Origin: Salmonella phage vB_Sen-E22
Sequence record: MT311645.1
DNA length: 32,000 nt
Reading direction: 5' to 3' (one strand)
In this document: piece after piece, positions 7,938-15,811 of the stretch
How positions within the stretch are numbered: the stretch's first letter is position 1
Layout of the letters: every line of letters begins with the position of its first letter
Program-made: the position numbers and the translations under genes
Notes under the pieces: model-generated
Database searches by the model: none
What the model saw: only the letters and a program-made list of their open reading frames with translations
Told to the model about the DNA's origin: nothing

Positions 7938-8924
7938 TTACTCGTTTTCGGTGTTAACGGTAAAAGTAGAAATATCGATACCTTTTACCATTTCATCGAT
8001 CATCTCAGCAATGTTAAAACTTTGCACCATTTCTAACATAGCCGCTTCCATTGCCGCGCTTGCTACCGCTTTCGCTTTCTGGTTACTCGGGGCGTACTGG
8101 TCAACCGCTACACTCAGCAGGTTAGCGATCACTACACGACCAACCGGCGTATCAATATAGCCTTTAATCATGAAGGGCGCTTTTTTAGCCGCTACTTTCG
8201 TGATTTGAGTTAGTGCAATTTTACCCGCTTCCAGTTTTGCAGCGTTTACAACGGCAGACTTATTGGCGGCAACGATGTTAGCGATCTTGGTCATAGTGTT
8301 TTTTCCTTTGTTTTCAGTAGTTTGAGTGTGAACGCTTTTAGTGTTAGAATTTACAGCATGTTTTTCTATATTGCCAATACTTTCTTCCCTTTCGAAAGAA
8401 AATCCGGCGTCAACAATATCGCCTTCATATACCCGATTATATAACTCCGACGGTAGCAAAAAATTACCGTTATCATCAAAGGCCATTATAGCCGCAAAAC
8501 GATACCCATCAGAATCCGACCGATTCCAGCCAACTGATAAATAACGCCAAAATGAATCGAGAAAATTTTCTACGTCATAAAGATCATTATCATTGGCCTC
8601 ATAGTTTTCTATCGAGAAAACTTCTAAGCCCGCCCCAGTATCATAGGCTTTTACTGTGTTGCCTTTTACGATTATGAAATCAGTATCCGGCCCCCGACTA
8701 GTAAGTAATTGATAATCCTGATTATATAAAACAAGCGTTGCCCCTTGCTTATATAACGGTAGAAAACTATTCATATTGTAAGCATCATAATCATCAAAAA
8801 AGTTTTGATGAATAGTTTCAATATTGAAAACAAAATGCTTAATGCTGGTTGTTCTGCTACCGTCCAGCAGGTTACGCAGTGCACCTTTTAAGACGGTTGC
8901 GTTATCTGGTTTATATAGCCTCAT
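7938..8924 (-). CDS. hypothetical pre-early protein (328 aa); possible nested second product from 8294
   Basis: Long minus-strand ORF. AAAGGAA precedes an in-frame ATG at 8294 (MTKIANIVAANKS...). Confidence 0.8.
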   Translation of the reverse strand: MRLYKPDNATVLKGALRNLLDGSRTTSIKHFVFNIETIHQNFFDDYDAYNMNSFLPLYKQGATLVLYNQDYQLLTSRGPDTDFIIVKGNTVKAYDTGAGLEVFSIENYEANDNDLYDVENFLDSFWRYLSVGWNRSDSDGYRFAAIMAFDDNGNFLLPSELYNRVYEGDIVDAGFSFEREESIGNIEKHAVNSNTKSVHTQTTENKGKNTMTKIANIVAANKSAVVNAAKLEAGKIALTQITKVAAKKAPFMIKGYIDTPVGRVVIANLLSVAVDQYAPSNQKAKAVASAAMEAAMLEMVQSFNIAEMIDEMVKGIDISTFTVNTENE

Positions 8925-9070
8925 TTGTTCGGCCCCCTCGTTAATCGGTGAGTGAATGATAAAGGTAATTTTCTAGCATAGGCAAAGATTATTTTACTTT
9001 TTTATTTTCCTTGCCTAACGCCTATTTTTATGTTAACCGCGCAGCGGTGTAATAAAGAGCAAAACACGGC

Positions 9071-9112
9071 GAAGCCACCGGGGCGCCGCACTGAAGCCAC
9101 CTGGGCGACGTG
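9071..9112 (+). repeat. 22-bp tandem duplication (GAAGCCACCKGGGCGMCG...)
   Basis: gaagccaccggggcgccgcact / gaagccacctgggcgacgtgtt. Confidence 0.7.
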
Positions 9113-9149
9113 TTGGGTCTTTACTTTAATATTACCTCGCAGCGTTTAG

Positions 9150-9329
9150 CTCGTTAGAAAGCGTTTTAGGCCGCTTAAAATTGATTGCAGTCGTTAACAC
9201 TACCTTTTTACCCTGTATATTTATACAGTAGGATAACCTGTGGATAAGTCTGTGTAAAAGCCCTCATATCGCCGCCTATCGTGTCAAATTATTTTGTGCT
9301 GTGATTAAGTCTGTGGATAACTTAAATGA
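9150..9329 (-). repeat. right arm of the long imperfect inverted repeat
   Basis: Reverse complement aligns with 6225-6400. Contains CTGTATATTTATACAG (9213-9228) and two TGTGGATAA DnaA-box-like sites (9239-9247, 9312-9320). Confidence 0.85.
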
Positions 9330-9511
9330 TAGTTTTTCTCACTAACTAATTTATAAAGTTATTATATCGTAAAATATAGTTAGTTGGCTAATAGGATTTT
9401 ACCGTGATTATGAGTCTGCTAACTAATCCTGAAAAACTCATTAGCTCGCTTGCTAACTATTTTGATATAATATAATAGAGATTAAATTAATAACATAAGG
9501 AAACAATAACA

Positions 9512-10033
9512 ATGGGTAAATATAAAGAGATTGATTATAATGAAATGAATGATAACGTTTATTATGATGAAACATCGCCATCATTTCTACGGTGGAAAGT
9601 TACGCGAGATAATATTCAGGCCGGAACTATTGCAGGCAGTATTACTTCATCTGGTTATTATCGCGTAACTATTAATAACGTTAGTTATCGTGTGCATCGT
9701 ATCATATGGGTATTATTTCACGGTGAAATAGATAGCAACCTAACTATTGATCATCTTGATCGTAACCGTGCTAATAATAACATACGAAATTTACGCCTTG
9801 TTACTCATTCACAAAATTGTAGTAACAAAGGAAACAGTGAGCGTGCTAATGGTTTACCTAGAAATATTTCGTATCATTCTAATAAACGTGTTGATAGTAA
9901 CGGGCGTTATTATATGACGGCTATGATTCGCATACCTGATAGTAACAAACGTATTAGTAAGTCAGGTTATGATTTAGATGAGTTATTATTATGGCTTGAA
10001 ACTAAAAAGGCGGAATTTGGAATTGTCAATTAA
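9512..10033 (+). CDS. HNH homing endonuclease, probably with AP2-like C-terminal domain
   Basis: HRIIWVLFHGEIDSNLTIDHLDRNRANNNIRNLRLVTHSQNCSNKG is a classic HNH signature. Confidence 0.88.
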   Translation: MGKYKEIDYNEMNDNVYYDETSPSFLRWKVTRDNIQAGTIAGSITSSGYYRVTINNVSYRVHRIIWVLFHGEIDSNLTIDHLDRNRANNNIRNLRLVTHSQNCSNKGNSERANGLPRNISYHSNKRVDSNGRYYMTAMIRIPDSNKRISKSGYDLDELLLWLETKKAEFGIVN

Positions 10034-10051
10034 TTAATTTAATAAATTAAC

Positions 10052-10084
10052 TCAATACCCCTTGACTTATATAAGTCAAGGGGT
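10052..10084 (+). terminator. intrinsic terminator after the HNH gene
   Basis: CCCCTTGACTTATATAAGTCAAGGGG followed by TTTTT. Confidence 0.85.
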
Positions 10085-10433
10085 TTTTCATATTTATTTC
10101 AAATTTGCTTTTGTTAAATATTTGTTAAGTCCAATTTAAGGCGTCTAAATCGCTCTCTACGGCGTTCTAATTTCTAGCCATCCCATCATAAGGGGATACG
10201 CCGTTTATCGCTACCACGAGCTTTTTAGATTTTGTCAATACCCCCAAGGCAAATATAAATGAAAAAATTACTTGCCTATCTGCTCGGTTTTATGGTATCC
10301 GCGCGCCCGTTTCTTTTAAACTTATGCAACCGCCGGACGTGTTGCCCTCTTTACGTTTCTTTACAAAAGTAAGGTTGCACCTTTTTCGTTGTTTGTTATT
10401 ATTTATCTCGTAGGGCGGCAATGACGAACTACA

Positions 10434-10453
10434 CGGCGGTAAACTTCCCGCCG
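10434..10453. repeat. hairpin CGGCGG-taaacttc-CCGCCG; CGGCGGTAAACTT recurs directly at 10489
   Basis: Direct reading. Confidence 0.75.
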
Positions 10454-10468
10454 CGCTCTTTAAAAATT

Positions 10469-10492
10469 GGGTATATCTTAAAGCCTATCGGC
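10469..10492 (+). repeat. left arm of inverted repeat flanking the 67-aa ORF
   Basis: GGGTATATCTTAAAGCCTATCGGC pairs with GCCGGTAGGCTTTTAAGATATACCC near 10738-10762. Confidence 0.8.
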
Positions 10493-10526
10493 GGTAAACT
10501 TATCAATTATATAAGGAACCGACGAG

Positions 10527-10730
10527 ATGAAACAAACTTTATTGATCACTGGTAAACCAGCCAAAAAATTGGATGGCAATACTAGAAAGCTGTTGACAAT
10601 AGCCCAGCAATCTGTAAAATACCGATTTGCGCAGTACAAGAAAGGGCGCCAGCAAGGTTTAGAAATGATCTGGCGAAATATTATGATCGACCTGAAGGAA
10701 AATCATAAAAAACTTGAAAAAATAGTTTGA
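10527..10730 (+). CDS. small basic pre-early protein (67 aa)
   Basis: ORF with AAGGAA-like SD, between the two inverted repeat arms. Confidence 0.6.
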   Translation: MKQTLLITGKPAKKLDGNTRKLLTIAQQSVKYRFAQYKKGRQQGLEMIWRNIMIDLKENHKKLEKIV

Positions 10731-10756
10731 CAACCTAGCCGGTAGGCTTTTAAGAT
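10727..10756 (+). promoter_or_regulatory. candidate sigma70 promoter for the pre-early operon
   Basis: TTGACA (10727-10732), 18 bp, TAAGAT (10751-10756), overlapping the right inverted repeat arm. Confidence 0.55.
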
Positions 10757-10962
10757 ATACCCAGTTCGATAAGAGCGATAACTTGATAAAATCTGACGGC
10801 CGGTACTTGCCAAAATGTGCCCCGCCCCCTAACTGGGATATAGCGGCCCGCGTGGAGTTCCTTAAATTGATTATATTGGCGAGCGGATTGTTACTTATTA
10901 TCTGCTAGTATTTTCTAGCAGATAATGCGGAACAATCCATCAAATAACTTGGAGTTTATACC

Positions 10963-11214
10963 ATGAAAAACGTTATTACCGCGCCTAAAATTGGTCAATC
11001 CGTTTTCATCCCTTTCGTTACTAAAACGGATGAATTAACCGGAAAAGCCGAACGTATTAAAGGCGCGGCGCTTATGCCGTTTGATACAATCGACGCGGTA
11101 TACGCTGAAACAGAACGCAGTAACAACGGAAAAACCGTTTTTAGCGTTCGCGTTAAATCTGGCGACGCTGTAAAGGTTGTTCAACGCAACGAAAAATGGG
11201 AAGCTGTATTATAA
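10963..11214 (+). CDS. pre-early hypothetical protein (83 aa)
   Basis: TTGGAG SD in the conserved leader; operon position. Confidence 0.75.
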   Translation: MKNVITAPKIGQSVFIPFVTKTDELTGKAERIKGAALMPFDTIDAVYAETERSNNGKTVFSVRVKSGDAVKVVQRNEKWEAVL

Positions 11215-11314
11215 TCTAGTGTTAACTTTATATGCCCCAGTAGTTCGGGGCATATAACGATTAACATTAGTTAATCATTAAATCCCTTAAATTAAATTAA
11301 TTGGAGTTTATATC

Positions 11315-11731
11315 ATGGCTAACGTTAAAACCGAAAAAACCGCAAAATTTTCCTGGAACGAAGAAAACACCCAGCAGGCTGTTTCCATGTATCAGCAGTT
11401 AATCAATGAAAACGGGCTAGAATTCGCAAATAGCGACGGCTTGAAAGAGATCGCAAAGGCAGTGGGCGCGACTTCTCCCGTGTCAGTTCGCTCAAAATTG
11501 ACCAGCGCGAAAGCCTATCAAAAAAGCGACAAGCCGCGCAAAGTTGGCGGCGGCAGTTCAATCCGTAAAGCTCATTACGTGCGAGTAATTGCAAAACACG
11601 CTATCGATTCCGGCATTATCAAGGACGCCGATGATCTGGCAAGCCTTGAAAGCGCGAAATTAGAAACGCTGGACGCCGTGGCGCAATTGTTAGGCGTTGC
11701 CGATGAAGTAAAGCAGGCCGCAGGTGAATAA
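11315..11731 (+). CDS. A2: T5 A2-like pre-early protein (138 aa)
   Basis: Size, operon position next to an A1-like gene, small basic/helical composition consistent with a DNA-binding protein. Assignment by synteny. Confidence 0.5.
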   Translation: MANVKTEKTAKFSWNEENTQQAVSMYQQLINENGLEFANSDGLKEIAKAVGATSPVSVRSKLTSAKAYQKSDKPRKVGGGSSIRKAHYVRVIAKHAIDSGIIKDADDLASLESAKLETLDAVAQLLGVADEVKQAAGE

Positions 11732-11788
11732 ATTTAATTAGTGGGGAGTATTCCCCACTATAATTTCCCTTTAACTGGAGGTATTAAA

Positions 11789-11986
11789 ATGATCTTTTAC
11801 CCTACTGAATCGTTGATTCTAGGTTTATTTATTATGGCGGCCTCATTATTGTTCGCATATTTTCAAAATGATTTAGATTCGTATTATTTTAAACGCAAAT
11901 CTAAGTTAGCGAAGCGTTTGGGCCTGATTTGTTTTATTGCCGCCGTTGTTTGTGGTGTTAGTTCAAGCCTGATGCCGATTAGTTAA
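11789..11986 (+). CDS. small membrane protein (65 aa), pre-early
   Basis: ACTGGAGG SD before ATG 11789; two TM-like segments. ORF track start 11741 begins inside the intergenic hairpin. Confidence 0.65.
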   Translation: MIFYPTESLILGLFIMAASLLFAYFQNDLDSYYFKRKSKLAKRLGLICFIAAVVCGVSSSLMPIS

Positions 11987-12083
11987 ATATTGCAAATTAT
12001 AACGCCTATTATTGGAGGCGTTATATTTGGCAACATTTGCCAATAACAAACGTTTTTTAATCCCTTTAATGGAGTTTATTACT

Positions 12084-13748
12084 ATGATTTTTTCCGCAGA
12101 AAAACAAACCGTTATCCTGAAACTAGCCGCTGACTTTAATTTCTATGGTAAACGTCTGCGCGCTACTAAATTGGAGGTCTGCGACGATATTTCTAAAGCG
12201 GTTTATGATACTGCAAAGCATTCAACCGCTATCTGCGACTGGTTAGAAGCAAATAAACCAGCGAAACCGAAAACAGCGAAAGCGGTGAAAGCCATTAAAA
12301 ACGACGAGCGCCCCGAAGCGGCTGGAATTATTTCCAGCACGGTGGAGCAGTGGGAAGTAAAACAAGGCAAACGCTTTATTATTACATCGATTCAGAACAA
12401 TACTTTCCCGCATAAAAACTTTTTGGCCTCGCTTGAGCAATATGCTAAATTTATCGGCGCTGATTTGCTTGTTTCTAAGTATGTTTATAATAAAAACGGC
12501 TTCCAAAATGGTGAAGGCGCTGACGGTGTAAAATATGATTCTGCATTTGATAAATATATTTGCAGCAAAAACGTGTTTTTGAATAATCGCCGTTTCGCTT
12601 TCATGGCCGAGATTAACGTGCTACCAACCGCAGATTATCCGCTATCTGGATTTGCAGAAACTGCAACCGCGCTTAATCTGGAAGGTCTGGCAATTGGTCA
12701 CGCTAAAATCACCGCCGAAAGCGTCCCAGCTTTAAAAGGTGAAGTGGTGCGCCGCATGTATTCAACCGGAACGGCAACACTCAAAAACTACATTCAGCAG
12801 AAAGCAGGACAGAAAGCGGAAGCACTTCATAACTTTGGTGCGCTGATTGTTGAGTTCGACGAAGACGGTGAGTTTTTTGTTCGCCAGCTTGAAACGATGG
12901 ACGAAAGCGGCATGTTTTATGATCTTAATGTTTGCGCTACTCCCGCCGGATGTTTTGAAACGTCGGGGCATGTTTTAGGCTTGCAGTATGGCGACGTGCA
13001 CGCTGAAAAATTAGATGATGAGTGCGCCGCAGCGTCATGGGCTGGCGAAAACAGCTTGCTTGATATTCTCAAGCCTAAATATCAGTTTGTGCATGACGTG
13101 CATGATTTTACATCGCGCAATCATCATAACCGTGCGTCAGGTGTATTCCTAGCGAAACAGTATGCAGCCGGACGTGATAAGGTTATTGATGATCTGATAG
13201 ACACCGGGCGCGTGTTGGAGTCAATGGAGCGCGATTTTAGTCAAACGATCATTGTCGAATCAAACCACGATTTGGCGTTATCTCGTTGGCTTGATGATCG
13301 CAATGCTAACATTAAAGACGATCCAGCCAATGCGGAACTATATCACCGCCTTAATGCTGCGATTTACGCGGCAATCGGTAATCATGACGATACTTTCAAC
13401 GTGCTGGATTATGCGCTGCGTGACGTCGCAGGTTGCGAGTTTAACGCCATCTTTTTGACCACTGATCAATCTTTCAAGATTGCAGGCATTGAATGCGGCG
13501 TACACGGTCACAACGGCATTAACGGCAGCCGTGGCAATCCTAAGCAGTTTAAGAAATTGGGCAAGTTAAACACGGGGCATACGCATACCGCCAGCATTTA
13601 CGGTGGCGTTTATACCGCTGGCGTTGCTGGTAGTCTGGATATGGGTTACAACGTTGGCGCGTCAAGTTGGACGCAAACGCATTTAATTACCTATGCAAAC
13701 GGTCAGCGCACTTTGATTGACTTTAAAAACGGCAAATTTTTCGCATAA
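12084..13748 (+). CDS. A1: T5 A1-like pre-early protein (554 aa), predicted metallophosphoesterase/nuclease for host DNA degradation
   Basis: Size close to T5 A1. Motifs HDVHDFTSRNHHN, VESNHDLAL, GNHDDTF, GVHGHNG and GHTHTASI resemble a calcineurin-like metallophosphoesterase. SD TGGAG precedes ATG 12084; the 12012 start lies upstream of the SD. Confidence 0.8.
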   Translation: MIFSAEKQTVILKLAADFNFYGKRLRATKLEVCDDISKAVYDTAKHSTAICDWLEANKPAKPKTAKAVKAIKNDERPEAAGIISSTVEQWEVKQGKRFIITSIQNNTFPHKNFLASLEQYAKFIGADLLVSKYVYNKNGFQNGEGADGVKYDSAFDKYICSKNVFLNNRRFAFMAEINVLPTADYPLSGFAETATALNLEGLAIGHAKITAESVPALKGEVVRRMYSTGTATLKNYIQQKAGQKAEALHNFGALIVEFDEDGEFFVRQLETMDESGMFYDLNVCATPAGCFETSGHVLGLQYGDVHAEKLDDECAAASWAGENSLLDILKPKYQFVHDVHDFTSRNHHNRASGVFLAKQYAAGRDKVIDDLIDTGRVLESMERDFSQTIIVESNHDLALSRWLDDRNANIKDDPANAELYHRLNAAIYAAIGNHDDTFNVLDYALRDVAGCEFNAIFLTTDQSFKIAGIECGVHGHNGINGSRGNPKQFKKLGKLNTGHTHTASIYGGVYTAGVAGSLDMGYNVGASSWTQTHLITYANGQRTLIDFKNGKFFA

Positions 13749-13813
13749 TTAAATTTATAAGCGGGGTATACCCCGCTTATATCCCTTATTAAATTAATTG
13801 GAGTTTTATAACT

Positions 13814-14206
13814 ATGAAAAAGCAAAATATCCCATTCGATCGCGCTCAATCTTCCATCGTTCTGGTTTATTCTAATGGTGAGCGGTATCACGTTGAGGCC
13901 GGTCACGTTGTTGATGAGCTATTGGACTTTAATGACGCTTTGCAGGTTACTACCTTTGCCTATACGCAAGGCCGCGCAAGTAGTCACATCAAGGCCGCCG
14001 GCGTTTATGTTGACACGGTGAAACAAGAAACGATTATCATCGACGCCGTGAAAGCTGGCCTTGCGTTTGCAGTTGTCGCGCCTTGCCCAGCTTGCTTTGA
14101 TGATCAGCTATCTAGCGCGAAAGTATATACTTGTGCTGGTATTCGTTCCCACGTATCCGGCGAAGATATTAGTTTTATCGCTGATGCGTTGGCTTATGGT
14201 CTTTGA
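13814..14206 (+). CDS. pre-early hypothetical protein (130 aa)
   Basis: Conserved leader with TTGGAG; intact ORF. Confidence 0.75.
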   Translation: MKKQNIPFDRAQSSIVLVYSNGERYHVEAGHVVDELLDFNDALQVTTFAYTQGRASSHIKAAGVYVDTVKQETIIIDAVKAGLAFAVVAPCPACFDDQLSSAKVYTCAGIRSHVSGEDISFIADALAYGL

Positions 14207-14286
14207 TAGTTGATTTATTATTGCCCGCTGATAAATAGCGGGCAATGCTGGATAAACTATATCCCTTTAATGGAGAACGTAACAAA

Positions 14287-15021
14287 ATGAATCAAGTTAA
14301 AACGAATATTTCCCGTAACTTCCCGCATATTTCCCGCGTCATGATTTGGGATCTTGATGGCACTATCGTTAATTCATTCCATCGTGTCGCGCCTTGCTTT
14401 GATAGCGAGGGTAATTTAGATTTAAATAAATATAAAAATGAAGCGTGTAAGCATGATTTGATTATGCAAGATACTTTATTGCCTTTGGTGGAATATATGC
14501 GCCAATGCATGAATGACGCAAATACTTTAAACATTATTTGCACCGCTCGCCTGATGAGCAAATCAGATTATTACTTCCTACGCAAACAAGGTTTGCGCGG
14601 TCGTGGTGATAGTAATATCCGCGTGTTTTCCCGTGATACACTGCATAAATATTTTGAGGCTGATAAGGTAAGCGAAATATACCACAGTAAGGACGCAGTT
14701 TATAAATCGTATTACTTTGAATTATTTAAACAGCTATATCCGAACGCTGATTTTACAATGATTGATGATCATAAAGGTGTATTATCAGCGGCGGCGTCAT
14801 ATGGATTTAAAACGCTGGACGCGCAAGCCGTTAATGATATTCTATCAATCGGCGTGGCATTGATAGGCGGAACCTTTATTGATGAATCGCTCGATGATGA
14901 TAATGATTATCAGTTCCTAGCCGATCGCTTAAAACTATGTTGGGAAAGTATGACAGAAGAAGAACGCGCAGAGTATAGTTGCAGCCCGCAACAATATATT
15001 GAGAAATTAAAAGTTGCGTAA
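14287..15021 (+). CDS. dmp: deoxyribonucleoside 5'-monophosphatase-like HAD phosphatase (244 aa)
   Basis: MIWDLDGTIVNS and FTMIDDHKGVLSAA HAD motifs. Same size class and neighbourhood as T5 dmp. SD TGGAG before ATG 14287. Confidence 0.82.
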   Translation: MNQVKTNISRNFPHISRVMIWDLDGTIVNSFHRVAPCFDSEGNLDLNKYKNEACKHDLIMQDTLLPLVEYMRQCMNDANTLNIICTARLMSKSDYYFLRKQGLRGRGDSNIRVFSRDTLHKYFEADKVSEIYHSKDAVYKSYYFELFKQLYPNADFTMIDDHKGVLSAAASYGFKTLDAQAVNDILSIGVALIGGTFIDESLDDDNDYQFLADRLKLCWESMTEEERAEYSCSPQQYIEKLKVA

Positions 15022-15035
15022 TAATTAAAGTTGAG

Positions 15036-15072
15036 ATAGTCACGGTGTGCAATGATAACATACCGTGACTAT
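15036..15072. terminator. strong hairpin after dmp (terminator or processing element)
   Basis: ATAGTCACGGT (15036-15046) / ACCGTGACTAT (15062-15072), perfect 11-bp stem, 15-nt loop, no U-tract. Confidence 0.5.
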
Positions 15073-15172
15073 TAGCTTGCTAAGTACCCGGCGGTAATGA
15101 GACTCATTCTCATCTGGAGGGCCACTGGGCACACCTCCATGTGTAATCTTATGAAATTTGGCAAAAGTCAAA

Positions 15173-15418
15173 TTAGCGCATAGAAGGGTCATCAAACCTG
15201 TGTTCTGGTCTGAACTCACGGAATCTCTTCCGCGACGCCCGAGATCCATCAGACCATTCCCGCTCAAACTCCGCACGTTTCTCGTCAAACTTCCGCTCCC
15301 TTTCCGCAATCTCCCGCGTCACTCCCGCAATATATTCCCGATGCTTATTGATTGCCGCAGTCGTCCCGAAAACTCCCGCGAGTATCCCGATAATAAAAGC
15401 AATTACAATACTAAACAT
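15173..15418 (-). CDS. small N-terminally anchored charged protein (81 aa), spanin-like architecture
   Basis: MFSIVIAFIIGILAGVFGTTAAI followed by a charged helical region; TAATG overlap with the upstream micro-ORF. Confidence 0.6.
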   Translation of the reverse strand: MFSIVIAFIIGILAGVFGTTAAINKHREYIAGVTREIAERERKFDEKRAEFEREWSDGSRASRKRFREFRPEHRFDDPSMR

Positions 15419-15522
15419 TATTTATATTCCCGTAGCTTACGTTCAATACGAGCTAAGTGGTTATCCAAGACACACTGCCCTAGAATTACCACAACTAATA
15501 AAACAATAATTATTACTCCCAT
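15418..15522 (-). CDS. 34-aa membrane micro-protein: MGVIIIVLLVVVILGQCVLDNHLARIERKLREYK
   Basis: Manual translation; 1-nt overlaps with ORFs on both sides. Confidence 0.55.
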   Translation of the reverse strand: MGVIIIVLLVVVILGQCVLDNHLARIERKLREYK

Positions 15523-15659
15523 TAAATCCACCCCGCCATAGCTGCTAACCAAAAGCCTACGAAGATTAGGAATAATACAAAACCAAATCCGTAAATATTA
15601 ATCCACGCTTCATACACTTCTCCGCGTCTGTTCTTTCTTTTATTTGACATATCTTTCAT
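15522..15659 (-). CDS. 45-aa membrane micro-protein: MKDMSNKRKNRRGEVYEAWINIYGFGFVLFLIFVGFWLAAMAGWI
   Basis: Manual translation; stop overlaps the next start (TAATG). The internal Met4 start has better SD spacing from GGGAG. Confidence 0.55.
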   Translation of the reverse strand: MKDMSNKRKNRRGEVYEAWINIYGFGFVLFLIFVGFWLAAMAGWI

Positions 15660-15699
15660 GCTCCCGTAAATATTTTAAAATTTGTGCACAACCAACCAT
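15640..15699 (-). CDS. 19-aa leader peptide: MVGCAQILKYLREHERYVK
   Basis: Perfect SD AGGAGGT 7 nt upstream of the ATG; ends overlapping the internal start of the 45-aa ORF. Confidence 0.4.
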   Translation of the reverse strand: MVGCAQILKYLREHERYVK

Positions 15700-15811
15700 G
15701 CTTGTGACCTCCTAGAGGACTTCTACTTTTCTTACATAGCGGTTTCTGCCAATATACCATCCAAAAAATAAAAAATTTAGTTTACTTGGATGTCTTTTTG
15801 CTTTATACTAA

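Noticed and set aside
7951-8544. Plus-strand ORFs 7951-8160 and 8341-8544, also 7206-7454 and 7214-7426
   Set aside because: Antisense shadows of minus-strand genes that have good SD sites.
6400-9150. Invertible DNA cassette between the inverted repeat arms
   Set aside because: Arms are imperfect with a variable centre and no recombinase gene is visible; kept only as something long reads could test.
14590-14620. GCGCGGTC sites (here and near 6527) considered as possible T5-type single-strand nick sites
   Set aside because: My recollection of the T5 nick consensus (GCGCGGTG-like) is not exact and these differ at the last base; no basis for calling them without nick mapping.
6650-15100. Novel defence/anti-defence island or retron
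   Set aside because: No reverse transcriptase, helicase-nuclease, TIR, or other effector signatures seen. Recognisable genes fit T5-like pre-early functions, though several small ORFs remain unknown.
15040-15541. ORFs 15040-15309 (-) and 15158-15541 (+)
   Set aside because: Both overlap the better-supported coupled minus-strand micro-ORF series and have atypical composition.
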